From: the human T2T-CHM13v2.0 reference genome, Homo sapiens
DNA length: 64,000 nt
Assembly: GCF_009914755.1 (NCBI RefSeq)
Contig: NC_060927.1
Strand: one strand, 5' to 3'
Shown: positions 51,734 to 64,000 of the stretch, in pieces
How the letters are laid out: every line of letters starts with the position of its first letter
How positions within the stretch are numbered: the first letter of the stretch is position 1
The notes under the pieces: model-generated
What the model was told of the DNA's origin: nothing
Seen by the model: the letters and a program-made list of their open reading frames with translations, nothing else
The model's database searches: none
Position numbers and translations under genes: made by a program

Positions 51734-52445
51734 AGATTTTATTGTCAAGAGTGGTTCTAGATAACAAAATAATAAGGATGAGCTTTCTGAATTGTTTCTG
51801 GGGTTTGTTGAAGTTTCTTACTAATCTGATTAGACTTAAAGACATTAATAACTTTATTTCCACTTGTCAAGAAAGCACTGATTGTTCATGCTGTAAACTG
51901 GTAATAAGTGATATGCAAAACATCTTAATCAAACACTCCTAATCAGCCATTTATAAGAAGGAGCTGAGTGACTGTGTACATAAAACTTAAGAACATTTTT
52001 TGGAAAACTGATGAATATACTTAGGTTAGCATGTTGCTCTTAAAATCACTGTGTGAAGTGGTAGGGGGAAAAAAGATGAGTTCAGGGTTTCAAATTCCTA
52101 GTGTAAGTGCAGCATAAATGACTTGAAGACATATATCTGTGCCCTAAGGTAGAACTTCACCTCCTATAGCCGCAGGGCTGAAATTGCTGAAAATCATATG
52201 CAGAATCTCATTCTGCATCTAGCTGAATTACAAGGCAGGTTAAACTCCTAGCCTCACAAGGTATCTACTGTTAAAGTGAGAGCAGTGCTTGGGACATAAC
52301 AGGATCCTGTAAGTTGAGATGGAAATGTATGAAATGACCCTGATGAAGATGGGAACACCGAGCCCTTAAATTCTGATGAGCATTGTCTGACAGTAACATG
52401 GGCCTCCCCAACCCCAGTGAAAGTGGCTTCCCCACACCGGCAGAA
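51734..52445 (+). mobile_element. ERVL internal region (leader and decayed gag)
   Basis: GAGTGGTTCTAGA (decayed Leu PBS), CAGGGCTGAAATTGCTGAAAATCA, GACCCTGATGAAG...CTTAAATTCTGATGAG. Confidence 0.85.
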
Positions 52446-52479
52446 ATAATCTAAAATAGAATAACTCTATCTTTAAAAC

Positions 52480-52890
52480 ATAATCTAAATGCCATTTTCA
52501 CATAAAAAATTTGTAACAATTTATTAATATCATCTATTACTCAGTCTTGAAGCTTTCAATTATCTCATAAAAATTACAGATTTGGTTTTTACAGTTAATT
52601 GTATTTCTTTAATCAAGCTCCAAATATGGTCACAATCTTTAGTCTTCCTTTGCATTTTTTGTTTGTCATTCTTATTACATATTTGTTGAAGAAACAGGGA
52701 TGTTTTGACACGGTTTACCACAATCTGTATTTTGCTGATTATATCTTCTAGTGTAGTGTTCCTCTGTGTTCTCTATTTCTATAATTTGATATTTGGATTT
52801 AGACTGTTGAACAAATTCAAGTTTGAAAGTTTGGACAAGATTACTTCATAGGTGGTTCTGGGTTTTTCTGTTGGAGACATACAAAAGCTG
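52480..52890 (-). mobile_element. L1MC4-like 3' fragment
   Basis: TTTGTTGAAGAAAC...ACAATCTG.ATTTTGCTGATT...CAAGATTACTTCATAGGTG. Confidence 0.6.
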
Positions 52891-53219
52891 TTTTTTTTTT
52901 TACTTTTAATATTAAATCTTATACCAACACCTTTACTACACATTAAATTCACATTTATGTTAGAGAGAAATAGAAAGTATTTAAAATACCTGGAAATGTG
53001 CTTTTTAAAAATCTTTTCCCAAAATTTATGGCATGCATATTTCTATGTTAATAAAACACATCTATAATATCAGTTTTCCTGGCTCTATAGGAATTGTAGC
53101 TCAGGGAAATGGTGTCAAAAAAAGTGAACTTTTTGAATTGAATAGTTTTATTTTAGGCTTTGATATCTAATTCTATATTACACCTATTCAAGAAATATGT
53201 GATAATTTATGTCTCCAGT

Positions 53220-53620
53220 TATAATAAATTATTTAACAAGTATTTGTTTATTCCCTATTCTCTTTCAGGCACTGTCCTGGAAGCTCCTGATAAGGTATCT
53301 TGTGAAGAACGCTTGTTGTACACTGGTTACCAACTTGTCTGAGTCCACTGAAGTGGAGACATTGCAACACAACAAGATAGATAACAGATAGGCAGCAAGG
53401 GAGGACAAAAGCCTTGGATTCCCTGTGAGTTGGTCCTGCAGGCTCAGGAAAGTTCTCTGAGTCAGATCTATATGTGCTCCACTTGAACCACAGCTGAGAA
53501 ACCCTGGAGAGCAGCCCACCTGGGTTTCATGCTCTGGGACACGTGAGATGCTGGGCTAAAACTTTGAAGAACATTCTGTTTTTCGCGAAGAGCTGGAACA
53601 GAGCCTAGAGTCTTCCAACA
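53220..53620 (-). mobile_element. L2 3'-end fragment
   Basis: ATTTAACAAGTATTTGTT...CAGGCACTGTCCTGG. Confidence 0.5.
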
Positions 53621-53767
53621 AGCTCCTCCTTATCTCAAGATATTGCATTCCCAGAATATTCTACAGTCATTCTTGAGAACTGCGAGTGAGAAAAATGGGG
53701 AGAACTGATTTGGTCCAAGGTCACCTAGAGAACTGTCTGTATATACATGTGTAATTTCTTGGTCATC

Positions 53768-53910
53768 AAACCACAAGGGTGGATACCCAATTCGACATGT
53801 TGTGCTTATTTCACATTGCATGCCTGCTTCAAAACATCTTATGTACCCTTTGAACATATATACCTACTCTGCACCCCCAAAACTAAAAACTAAAACAAAC
53901 AAACAAAAAA
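53768..53910 (+). mobile_element. L1MA1/2 extreme 3' end
   Basis: GGATACCC...ATTTCACATTGCATGCCTG...TATATACCTACT plus A-rich tail; TSD-like AAACCACAAG/AACCCACAGG. Confidence 0.85.
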
Positions 53911-54065
53911 CCCACAGGGAGCCATAATAGAGCCTTAGTAAGGATTGTCCAATATACCCCAGTACTGTGGACTTTGATCTGGGTGCATTACTTAACACTG
54001 CTGTTTCCTGGGAGAATGGATTTATGTGATTAACACTTGAGAAAGAGATTACATGTGTGGCATTG

Positions 54066-54527
54066 GGGCAGAATTGCTAGTTGTTTCCTGATATCTATGC
54101 TCTACTTTTCCCTGAGTAGTTGAAGGAAGATTTTTAGCTGAGAACACAGTCACTGAGTTCAACAACTACGTTCATCAGTATTTCTGGCTGTAATGTTGTA
54201 ATTTGAAGTATTCTATAACATTTCTAGCAAGTGTCTGTAAAAGGAAGGCCTTTTATTGTTCCTTTCCCACTCCCCCAGTTCCTGTTAGACGGAATACAAG
54301 GTGATGCCTAGAGGTCGAACAGCTATTTTATTTCAGTGGCAGTAAGGTATGACAGAACGTGAGAGAAGGAACGTAACTCCTTCATGGCACAGAAATGCCA
54401 ACCCAGCCTTGGACCGTTATCCTCTGGACTTCCTTTACATAACAGAAAATCAAACTTCTGCTATATAAAACCAGAATTTGCTTGGAATTTATATGGTATT
54501 CCAATAAACTTAATCTCATATGATATT
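54066..54527 (+). mobile_element. MLT1J/K-like MaLR LTR
   Basis: GGCAGAATTGCTAGTTG..., CCAGCCTTGGAC...CTCTGGACTTC. Confidence 0.6.
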
Positions 54528-55904
54528 CTGCCTTTCGCTTTTTAAGGTATACCTCCTTCAGAGTAGATATCATATGCTGATCTTACCCTGGAAATGAATA
54601 TGGGGTGATGTTGAAGTCAGCCCAAATGATCATAGCCAGCCATATGTGAAAACAGTATCAAATGAACAAACAGAAAGCAATAACAATAACAAAGAAAACA
54701 ATCAGGCTTACAACAATTATTTAAAAGCATGAAGCTTACTTTATTTTTACCCAACTTTATGTTATATTTTATCATTTATTTATGAGCGAAACATTTTCTC
54801 TTATAGACCATGTAATGCCACTATGGCAGGAGAAATTACCAACCCTTGGAATAGATGAAAATAAATTCGAAGCAATGAGAGGTTGATTTGACCAACTTAT
54901 GATTTGTACATGACTCTTACCAGGGAAATAAATATCATGTTGTTTGAAACTTCCTTCTCCTTTTGAACAAAGACTATTTAACTTCCGGCAATACATGATC
55001 CAAATGAAGAAAAAGCAAAATTATCATTTAGTCAAAAAGGAAATGTTGAGAAAACACTAGTGTACTTCAGCATGCCTAAAGAGTATGCAGCCAGTCCTAA
55101 TGATACCAAAGAGACAAAGAGTAGTTATTTTATTATAAATTGCACACCCAATTATTTTCATTGATTTAGCTGGTAGGTACTGACCCTTTAAAGTGGGGTT
55201 GGAGAATTAAAATTAATTTTCCAAAATATTAAGTCTGTTCCAACTAAACCCAAAGTAATATATTGAATGGCCGTAATCATCTAATAAAACATGCGATACC
55301 TACTTCACGGGGGGAGTGATAAACATGATGTGGAAAATAAAGTAGGAGAGGAAGTTTGAAAAAATATAAAAAAAGAGTTTGTCCAATGATAATGTTTTGT
55401 TATCTTGAACTATTGGACAGAATTCAACATTGGAATCATCTTAGTGTGATGTCTTCATTGTGGGAAATATTTTGAATACACATGAAACTATCAAATAGAT
55501 GCAATTCTAATTATATTGTCTATGCCTACTCCTAATTATATTTATCTATGCTACCCTTTCTCTTCAGTCTTTATAAAAACATTTTACCCTTCATGATAAA
55601 ATTTTTGCGTATGTCCTTCTTCTTCTGCAGTTTAAAATTAAATATGATGATATAATCATAATGAGGCAATGGTTTAGGCATCCAGCTTTCCATGTTACCC
55701 GAAAATGTTCTAAATGTTAAAACTTCCTCTTTTACTTAACATAGTTTTGCTTCTATTCTGAATGCAGAAATTAAGGCTCTTTTTATTTTCTTAGATTATG
55801 AAAGAAGGTTTTCTATGCCTTTTATTTTTTGAATAGATTTTTCTATTGCCTTAACACATGACATGTACTCAATTCAAAACTGAAATAATTGGTACCAGGA
55901 AATT

Positions 55905-56100
55905 ATGAGTCAAGAATTTTCTAAGCACTTTATATACATCAACTCATTTAATCACCAAAAGGACAAAAGTCACATTCTATAGATGAGGAAACTGATGAAC
56001 TGAGAAATTCTTTGATTTGCTCAGTATCATACCTTATAAACAAGGTCAGGATTTGAATCCAGTATATATGGCTTGAGAGTAGACACTTAATCATTTTGAT
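55905..56100 (-). mobile_element. MIR
   Basis: CTAAGCACTTTATATACATCAACTCATTTAATC...ATAGATGAGGAAACTGA...GGATTTGAATCCAG. Confidence 0.85.
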
Positions 56101-57289
56101 ATACATTTTATTCTTAAATTTGTTAATGAAGCAGAGAACTGTGACAAAAATCTAATCTTTTTCCCCATGTAGCCTGCTATATTTTCGTGTGTCCTTTTCA
56201 GATTTTTTTTCTATATGTTTCCAAAAATGATGCCAACAGGACTCTTTATTAAGTGTTTTTGACATGCAGTGAGCCATTTAATTGGCATCAGTCTTCATTT
56301 ATATCTTTGATATTTCTTCTATTCTTTTGAACTGAAATCTTATTCAGTACACTTATTCTCCATGTATAATTTCTCAATTTTTTGTTGTCTAGATTTGCCA
56401 TGTTACTCATCATGTTTATCATTGTAACTTTTTCTGAATTATCTGCATCTTGAGAAAACATCACAAGTTTTCTTTATCTGTACCAATTTTCTTTTCCTTA
56501 ACATGAATACCACCACCTCTTTGTGGGTTTTAGCTCTTTTCTTCCATTTTACTTATTGCAACCTTTCTTTCTCTATCATTTTCATTTATAGCTCATCCTA
56601 AATTTCCATACCACAGTCTCTTCACTATTTATATCTTATCTTTCATAAAAGACACATATTCTTATAGTCTAATAGAGGCACATCATTTATAGTATAATAG
56701 AGTTTCTTTGTTTTATTTTGGGTCCTATAGTAGATCATTTTCAGATACTTGTTTTTACTCCGACTCATCCAATTTTATTTTTTATTTCTTGCTTCTATGA
56801 TATTATTTCCTAAGCACGTTGATCATCATTAGAGCTAAATAGATGACTAGATGAAAAAAACTTTTTTTGGAAAATCATCAATAGATCATTCTAGATTTCT
56901 TATTTAATCCACATTATCTTTGGTTTGTTGACATATCAGTTTTGCAAACCGAAAGCACAACTCCGAGCCCAAATTCTGATTTGTATGTTTTGTTATTGCT
57001 ATTGTTGTTTTCAGTGTTTATTTGTTCTAATGAGGGAACATGATTATTTTATTCATACTTCTGGTATTTAAAACTTTAAATTACTACTGTTCAAGATATA
57101 CAAATTTAACAATGTAAAATTTTACAAAATACATTTTTTTTTGCTCTTCCCAACAATGAGTACACTATTTTACTTCTAGGAATGCCAAAACATTTAATTG
57201 TTGATTAGATATTAAATGCCTTAAAAATCCAATATGCCTGCTATAAAGAGAACAGCTTATACCTAAGAGAGTAAGAATGTTAGGAAATT

Positions 57290-58250
57290 ATTTTAGAAAC
57301 ACATTGGTACAGTCATGAAGAGAAATGAAGTTGATTTGGACTGTAGTGGTGCAATACAGATAAAGAGATTTAGAGATATTTCCAATATATTTTTGAGATA
57401 AAGCAGACAGGAATGATTGCAAGAATTGAGGGAAAGAAAACTGTAGATAACCTTTGGGCCTAATGTGGTGCAATTTACTAGCAGAAAACAAGAGCTGGGT
57501 GGGGATGGAATCAAGAATTTGATTTTTGCCACTTTATTTCAGATGCCTATTACATGTTACATAGCATAGTTAGATATTTGAGTTTAAATTTTAGTAAAGT
57601 GGGTATAGATATAGATGCATTGTATACTGGATTATTGTGAATTGTTCCTCACTTCCCTCCTCTTCCACATGACCTGGTAGAATAAGTGAATTAAGTACTC
57701 CTAGCCAAATGAGTTTAGACTTGGTCAATATGCCCTGCTGTGGCCAGTGGAACAGTAAGAAAGGTAATACATGCAGATACTTTCTCAGTCAATGTTGTTA
57801 CCTTGCTCTTTTTGCCATTTACCACCGGGGAACAATACATTGAGTAACTGTCAGTTCAAGGAGAATGAGGAAGCTTGGAGCAAGCCTGAGCAATACACAA
57901 ATTGGAGGCAAATCAAACTGTTGTGAGTAGAACTACAGCTACGTGCAGACTCGTTGGAGAAATAAATGCTTGGGGGTTTTGTGGTTAATGTTTCTTCAGT
58001 TTTTGCAATAGATACCAGGCAAATGCAGGAGCAATTGGCTTATAATGTAGTTCGAGTAAAAGTGTGGAAATAGGTCAGTAGACGGTCTGGGACATATAAT
58101 ACAGTCCCAAGTATTTTGAAAGTAGGTTAATTGAGGGAGGAGCAGAAAAGGAGATAGACTGGTTAACGTTGTATGTAGGTATCTAAAGAGCCAAGAAACT
58201 AAGGAATGCAATGAATGCAGCAGAAAAGTAAAGTAAGTTGACATTAAAAA
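57290..58250 (-). mobile_element. L2 fragment interrupted by an MLT1 LTR
   Basis: GGAATCAAGAATTTGATTTT...AGATGCCTATTACAT...GTTAGATATTTGAGT (L2 antisense). Confidence 0.6.
57621..58018 (+). mobile_element. MLT1H/I-like MaLR LTR
   Basis: GCTGTGGCCAGTGGAA, GAGAAATAAATGCTT...GGGGTTTTGT. Confidence 0.55.
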
Positions 58251-58954
58251 TTGTTTATTATATTTAGGAACATGAAACACAAAAGAGATCCACAAAGATA
58301 TCAAAAGAAGATAACTCTTCAGTTCTCTGGAATATATAGTTCTTTCGTCTTTGAATTTAAAATTGATCCAGAATAAAATAACTAAGAATGAAATATCTTC
58401 CTAACTTTTTTTCCAGTTATGTAAGTCTTAAGAAGTGAAACAAATTCGAGTTGTATGCTGAAACCTAGGTAGTTTTCTTTTTCTCTTTTTCTCCCGAAGT
58501 ATTGTCCTATCGCTATAATTAATGGTACTCAAAAGACTGATTACATGTATAAAAATATGTTAGGCAACATTCAAGCAGTCAAAATTGTATTATACTACAA
58601 AATTAGATTTTTTTCTTTTGTGTTTCCATGAGTGTTTTACTGAAAAATAAAAGACATTTATCTGATAGTATGATCTTCAATTCAAGGTCTCTCACTTTGC
58701 AAAGGTTTCACATTTTCTAACATTTTGTTTTCTTCTCAGAAGTTAAATTATTCATTTCACAATGTAGCCTAATTTGAAAATAATGTATTCATAAAGAAGT
58801 ATCCTATGTCTGTGAAACATATTACTTTAATAAAATAATCACTAAAGATTTATATTTCAGAGGCAATTTTATTTTCACAATTTCAGTCACATAATTTTAA
58901 TCAAATCATTTTTAAAAACAAAAGTATTTCATTTGTTTCCACTATCTGTTTCTT

Positions 58955-59251
58955 TATTTTCTTTTTGTTTTCTTTTGAGACAGAGCCTCACTGTCACCCA
59001 AACTGAAGTGCAGTGGCATAATCTTGACTCACTGCAATTGCTTCCTACTGGGTTCAAGCGATTCTCCTGCCTCAGTCTCTTAAGCAGCTGGGATTACAGA
59101 CGTGCAGCACCACGCCCGGCTAATTTTTGTATTTTTAGTAGAGATGGGATTTCACCATGTTGCCAAGGCTGTTCTGGAACTCCTGAGCTCAAGTAATCCG
59201 CCAGCTCGGCCTCCCAAAGTTCTGGGATTATAGGTGTGAGCCAGCCAGGCC
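58955..59251 (-). mobile_element. Old AluS (Sz-like)
   Basis: Full dimer, TTCAAGCGATTCTCCTGCC, CCTGAGCTCAAGT. Confidence 0.92.
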
Positions 59252-59279
59252 CAATATCACGTCTCTTAAATCTTAATTG

Positions 59280-59425
59280 ATTTCTTTGTTTCTTTATAAT
59301 TATGTTTCTTTTTCGCTCCTTCCCTCCATGCTTGCTTCTTGTCTTTTGCTTTTCTTTTTCTCTTCCTACCTTCCTTTCTCTCTCTTTCTCTCTCTCTCTC
59401 TTCACATACACACATGCACACACCC
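59280..59425. repeat. CT-rich low-complexity tract
   Basis: Polypyrimidine/(CT)n followed by (CA)n. Confidence 0.8.
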
Positions 59426-62400
59426 CAAAACACTTCTATGCATGTATTTTGGCAGAGTAGAAATGAAAAGATGATTGATAGAGTCTTGTGATGTGACACT
59501 GAATATTCTATAGCACAACATGAAGTTTAACCATAGAACTTTTCATTACTGATAAGAAATTATTATTTCTTAAAAAATGTACTGTGGGAAATTTTCCTGA
59601 AAAAGCAGTGAAGTACCTTATTTCTTACATTATCTTGAAATAGAACCCCCCCAAAACACACACACACAAAACCCTCAAAAGCAACTGCAAAAATCACTTA
59701 TCACTCCTGCAAGCTTCCTTTATTTTACCTTGTGTGAAAGCAATTTTCATTTGCATTTTATTGTACCTTGCAATAGCAAAAGGAAGATTTATATAGTATT
59801 TTGCTCTGTAGAAAAGTACAATATATATAAATTTCTGTTGGATATGTTCTGTTCTTTGGTTATGCTTTGAATTCTGAAATATTTATTTTCAGAAATCATT
59901 GTCAATTCCATGTCATATCATATAGCTAATCATTTAAATTGTTAATGAAAAGGGAGAAAAAATAAGAGAACATTTTACAGTTCGGTGGGCTTGTTTTTCT
60001 CGGCTGCTTTTGTACTGACAAGTCTAAATTCTAAGTGTATTTCTAAAATTTCATTGTTTACTTTGGAGAGAAAATAAAAAAAATTCAATTGATCATATTA
60101 GGTTTTTCATTTTCTTTTCACAGAGGATTGCACATCTTTCTCTTCTACAAGTGGCTTAACAGATTATTTGTCTCACTCCCACCTCCCGTCATCATTTTAT
60201 TATTATTCTTTAAGCTATATTGAATAGAGCTATTTGTCCTGAAGGAGTTCTGACCCACATCTTTTCTTAACTCAATTTCTATAAAAGAAGAAGCTGAGAT
60301 TCAGAGAGAATATAAATAACTTTCTCAAGGGTGATCTTTCCTTTGTGTGCTCTGACACAAACATGATTGGACTCCAAAGTGTGTTTCTTTTTTTAATCTA
60401 ACACACCATGGTTATTTATTTATTTGCTTTTAACTTTTCCTGATGGCAAATTCACTTACCCATTGAAGTCAATACAAGTTGTAGACTAAGTCTCATTCCT
60501 GAACTGAGTGATTGATTTGGGTTTGAGTCACTGGAAGTGATGTAACTTTAGGACTGCAACATACTCTTGGTACAAGTTCTATCCTGACTATCATAACCAA
60601 TTTTTCAGAAAACCTTAACCAAATTCCTGGGTTCCTGTGTCTTCCTCTCAGAAATGGAATCTCATGTTTGCCTACTGTATTTCTCCCTTATGACTGATTC
60701 CTGCACCTGAGCCCCAATCTCCCAATAGGTCTTATTTCTCTCTTTCTACACTTCTTTCTTTGCTGTAAGGGGTATTGGAGATGCACAATTGATAAGACAC
60801 AGTTCCAGGCCCCCAGAGCCTATAGTCCCTATTAAACTGTTATGATGATAACCCAACTATCTGTCTTTTTAACACTTGGACGCACGTCCTACATTTAATG
60901 AATTCGTAAGTCTTCTATTGATTTTGACTGGAAGTAAAAATACACATTCTGGTACGACTACCCTGTGAATATTAATATCCATCAGTAATGAGAGTATATA
61001 TTTCCAAAAAAAGTATATGAGATACCTAAATTAATTTAAATATAAAATAAGATTGTCTACTTCGTCTTTGTTTATACACTCCATAAAAACTCAAACATTG
61101 GTTTTCTAATTGAAATTAATTATGGATTATTCTTTTCCTCTTAAGGAACTACCTTAACATACTTGTAATTTTCCCTGGCATTTTAAGAATTATCAGCTGT
61201 ATTCATGGGGTTCCAAAATAAGTAGCTACATCCATTTTTAAACTCCAGATGTTAAAAAGAAGAATAAAAATGGTCAGATATCATGTATAAAGCAATTTTT
61301 AAAGAAAGTCAAATTTTATTTGCTGTTCCATCTGCTGAGATTGTTATATTCGTTACTCAAGAAGTCAGTTCTATTCATCTTCAATGGGACAAATTCTCAA
61401 ACTTCATATAACACCTGGGAAGAAATTATTCAAATAATGCTTTCAACTATGTGAATTTGTCAGTGTGAGTTAAAAATGTAATCATGGATTCCTGTTTGTT
61501 GAAGAAAAAAGAATATGACATTTCACATTTGTATATTTTAGATTATATGGCCAAGTGATTTAATATTGCTTCAGACAATGCATCTTTTAAGTACCATGAT
61601 GACAGATTGAGAAAAAGAATTAACTATGAATATATTTTATTTGATTATTCATTCATTCCTAAAATCTTGTTTACTTGACTTTTTTTCCTTTTAAATTTTC
61701 ATTTAATAAAGAAAAATATATTCCTGGGGTTATAGCCCTATATGGGATGGAAATATTCTCAGAGACTTCTTGAAATTCAATGTTCTGAACTTTTGGTTCA
61801 CTCAAAGATACACAAACAGTAGAAAGTAAATTTTTGTTAGAAAAATACAAAATTCTCTCATCTGAGATTGAGAATAACAAAGGTCAATAGTGATAATATT
61901 TTAAAATTATTTTGAAAGTAACTATTTTCTTAAATATATAAAACTATAATTATGTTTTAAACATACCTCTATTTTATTTCTTTATGCAAGCATACTCACT
62001 GACACAAAGGTGAAAATTGATTCATTTGTATTGAAATAGATAATATGAATTCCTGGCTACATTAGAGCTGCATGAAAGGTCATTTTTACTGTTATATCAT
62101 ATTATTTTTCAACAACACATCTAACACCTATACTAAGAAAGTTTAGAAGCTGACAGAGAATAGGTTACATAATAATTATGTAAGCTAATACTCTTGAAAT
62201 ATACCTTCTGTGACATCTGAAAATATAGTTAGAATGATGAAAATTATAGACCAAGCATTTTTTGTTTTACTCATATTTATTATATAGAGACAGATATCTG
62301 ATAAAATTGAAATACCATATTATTCAGAAAAAATAAAAGATGTTCATTCTTATGAAACTGTTTTTGTGGAAGGTGGGTCAAAGGAATGATAGCATCAATT

Positions 62401-62871
62401 ATACATCAAATCTAATGAATAAAAATATACTGTAGTAACTAGAATTTGTGTAATATAGAGCTCATATCTTGGAGAGAAAAAGAGGAAGAAGAAGGGGATA
62501 GAGATAAAGACGAAAAATAGAACGAAGGAGAGAAGTCTCTAGGTGAGGAAAGCAAACAATGAAAGCAAATTTATTGTAAAAATTAATCCCAACTCATAAG
62601 TTTGGAGCCTAGGAAGATTTGCAGTCCTAGATAAATGCTGGCTTTACTAAGGATTCAGGTGCTTGATTTTCAGATTGTTAATCCATTGTCTGGTCTAAAA
62701 AAATTACTTTGTTGAATGTTGGTAATGTAGCAGGTGCAAACTTGGTTTCTAAGAGACAATCTCACTAGAGAGAAAAAAATTATTAAGACATATAATAACT
62801 AGATCATAAATTATTAAAATGTATAATCACATGCAATTTAGGTAAGGGAAGGATCACCATAGTTTGGGATA

Positions 62872-63355
62872 TGTAATAGGCTTATGGATGGACCTTAAAG
62901 ATACCCAGTTGTAATCTGTGGAAGCTGCAAATGTTACCTTGTATGGAAAAAGGGACTTCGCAGATATGACTAAATTATAAACTTTGGGATAGGTGTATGG
63001 ATAGATTAACTTGGATTGTCTGGGTTGGCTCTGAATGTAATCTTAGTATCCTTTTCAGAGGAGGGTAGAGGGAGATTTGACTACAGTATAAGAAGAATGT
63101 AATAATGGAAGCAAGGGGCAAAAGGCAATGTGGTGAGGGGTCATGAACCAAAAATGAGGACATCCTCCAGAAAATGCAAGGAAACTGATAGTGATTTCCT
63201 TCAAGAACCTCCAAAGAGAGTACAGCTCTGCCAAAGCCTAGATTTTGACCCAGTAAAATCCATTTTAGATTTTTGACCTCAAGAACTGTAAGAGAATAAG
63301 TGTGTGTTATTTTTACACTACCAAGTATGCGGTAATTTATTGCAGCAGTCGAGGG
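62872..63355 (+). mobile_element. MLT1D-like MaLR LTR
   Basis: ATGTTACCTTGTATGGAAAAAGGGACTTCGCAGAT...GACCTCAAGAACTGTAAGAGAATAAG. Confidence 0.85.
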
Positions 63356-63539
63356 TGTATTCCTAAATTCATTTTTATGTATTTATTAATAATTATGTGC
63401 TAATAATGCTAACAGTATTTCATCACTGTAGGAATAAAGAAGTTATCTGCAAACATAAAGCTTATACAGTTTGGAAAGTATAGAATGCAATAAGATGAGT
63501 TCGGAGAATGTCAAGTATTGTGAAAAATAAGATCAGAAT

Positions 63540-64000
63540 ATTATAAAAGAGAATAACTTTAAAGAGAGTGAAATACAAGCTATATACTTGGAGAAAATCT
63601 TTTCAAATCACATATGTAACAAAGACTTTTCCAGAATATGTAAGGAATAATCTCAGAAAATAAGAAGCAACTCAATTAAAAATATATACAAAGACTTGAA
63701 AAGATACTGTACCAAATATGATGTAAAGATAGTAAATGAGCATGTAATAGATGCTCCACATCCTCTGAGTTAAGGGAAATGCAAATTACAACCACAATGA
63801 GATACCAGTAGTCACATTCTGGAATAGCTGAAGTTTAAAAAAATATAGAGAGACAGTACCAAATATTGGTGAGAATACAGAGCAATTGGAAGTCTCATGC
63901 ATTACTGTATTGGTGAGAATGTAAAATGATAGAGCTACTCTGAAATACTCTTTGGTAATTTATTACAAATTGAAATATGAAGTTACTCTATGACACAGCT
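63540..64000 (+). mobile_element. Old L1 (L1MB/MC) ORF2 3' fragment, runs off the window
   Basis: AGGGAAATGCAAATTACAACCACAATGAGATACCA...TGGTGAGAATGTAAAATG. Confidence 0.85.

Noticed and set aside
53625-53760. Possible short ERV LTR fragment
   Set aside because: The resemblance is too weak to assign a family or boundaries by eye.
60095-60150. Strong-looking splice acceptor TTTTCATTTTCTTTTCACAG
   Set aside because: No convincing downstream donor or coding frame; such tracts are frequent in AT-rich DNA. A lncRNA exon cannot be excluded without RNA data.

Overview
Human (primate) genomic DNA: AT-rich, CpG-depleted and dominated by interspersed repeats. A human-specific AluYb9 at 23345-23644 supports a human origin. 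I found no host protein-coding exon, RNA gene or CRISPR array; the ORF-track entries are retroelement remnants or chance ORFs. The main structure is a nested stack at 9.4-21.6 kb. A 5'-truncated L1PA16-like LINE is interrupted in ORF1 by an internally deleted HERV30/LTR30 provirus (9548-15299; CTAG TSD, tRNA-Arg PBS, leader, gag, pro, 5' pol joined to 3' env) and in ORF2 by a solo LTR12C (16891-18271). A second stack at 33.8-43.3 kb is an ancient L1MC3-like element with twin-priming (5'-inversion) geometry, interrupted by a full-length L1MA3-like element that itself carries THE1C and AluY insertions. The rest is MaLR LTRs, ERVL, L2, MIR, MER2 and Alus. The best candidate for poorly described biology is a ~257-codon pre-gag reading frame in the HERV30 leader that is broken by only one stop. 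Others are a possible APOBEC3 G-to-A footprint in the provirus and several templated-insertion repair scars. Subfamily names come from recalled consensus sequences, not a RepeatMasker run, and boundaries of old elements are approximate.
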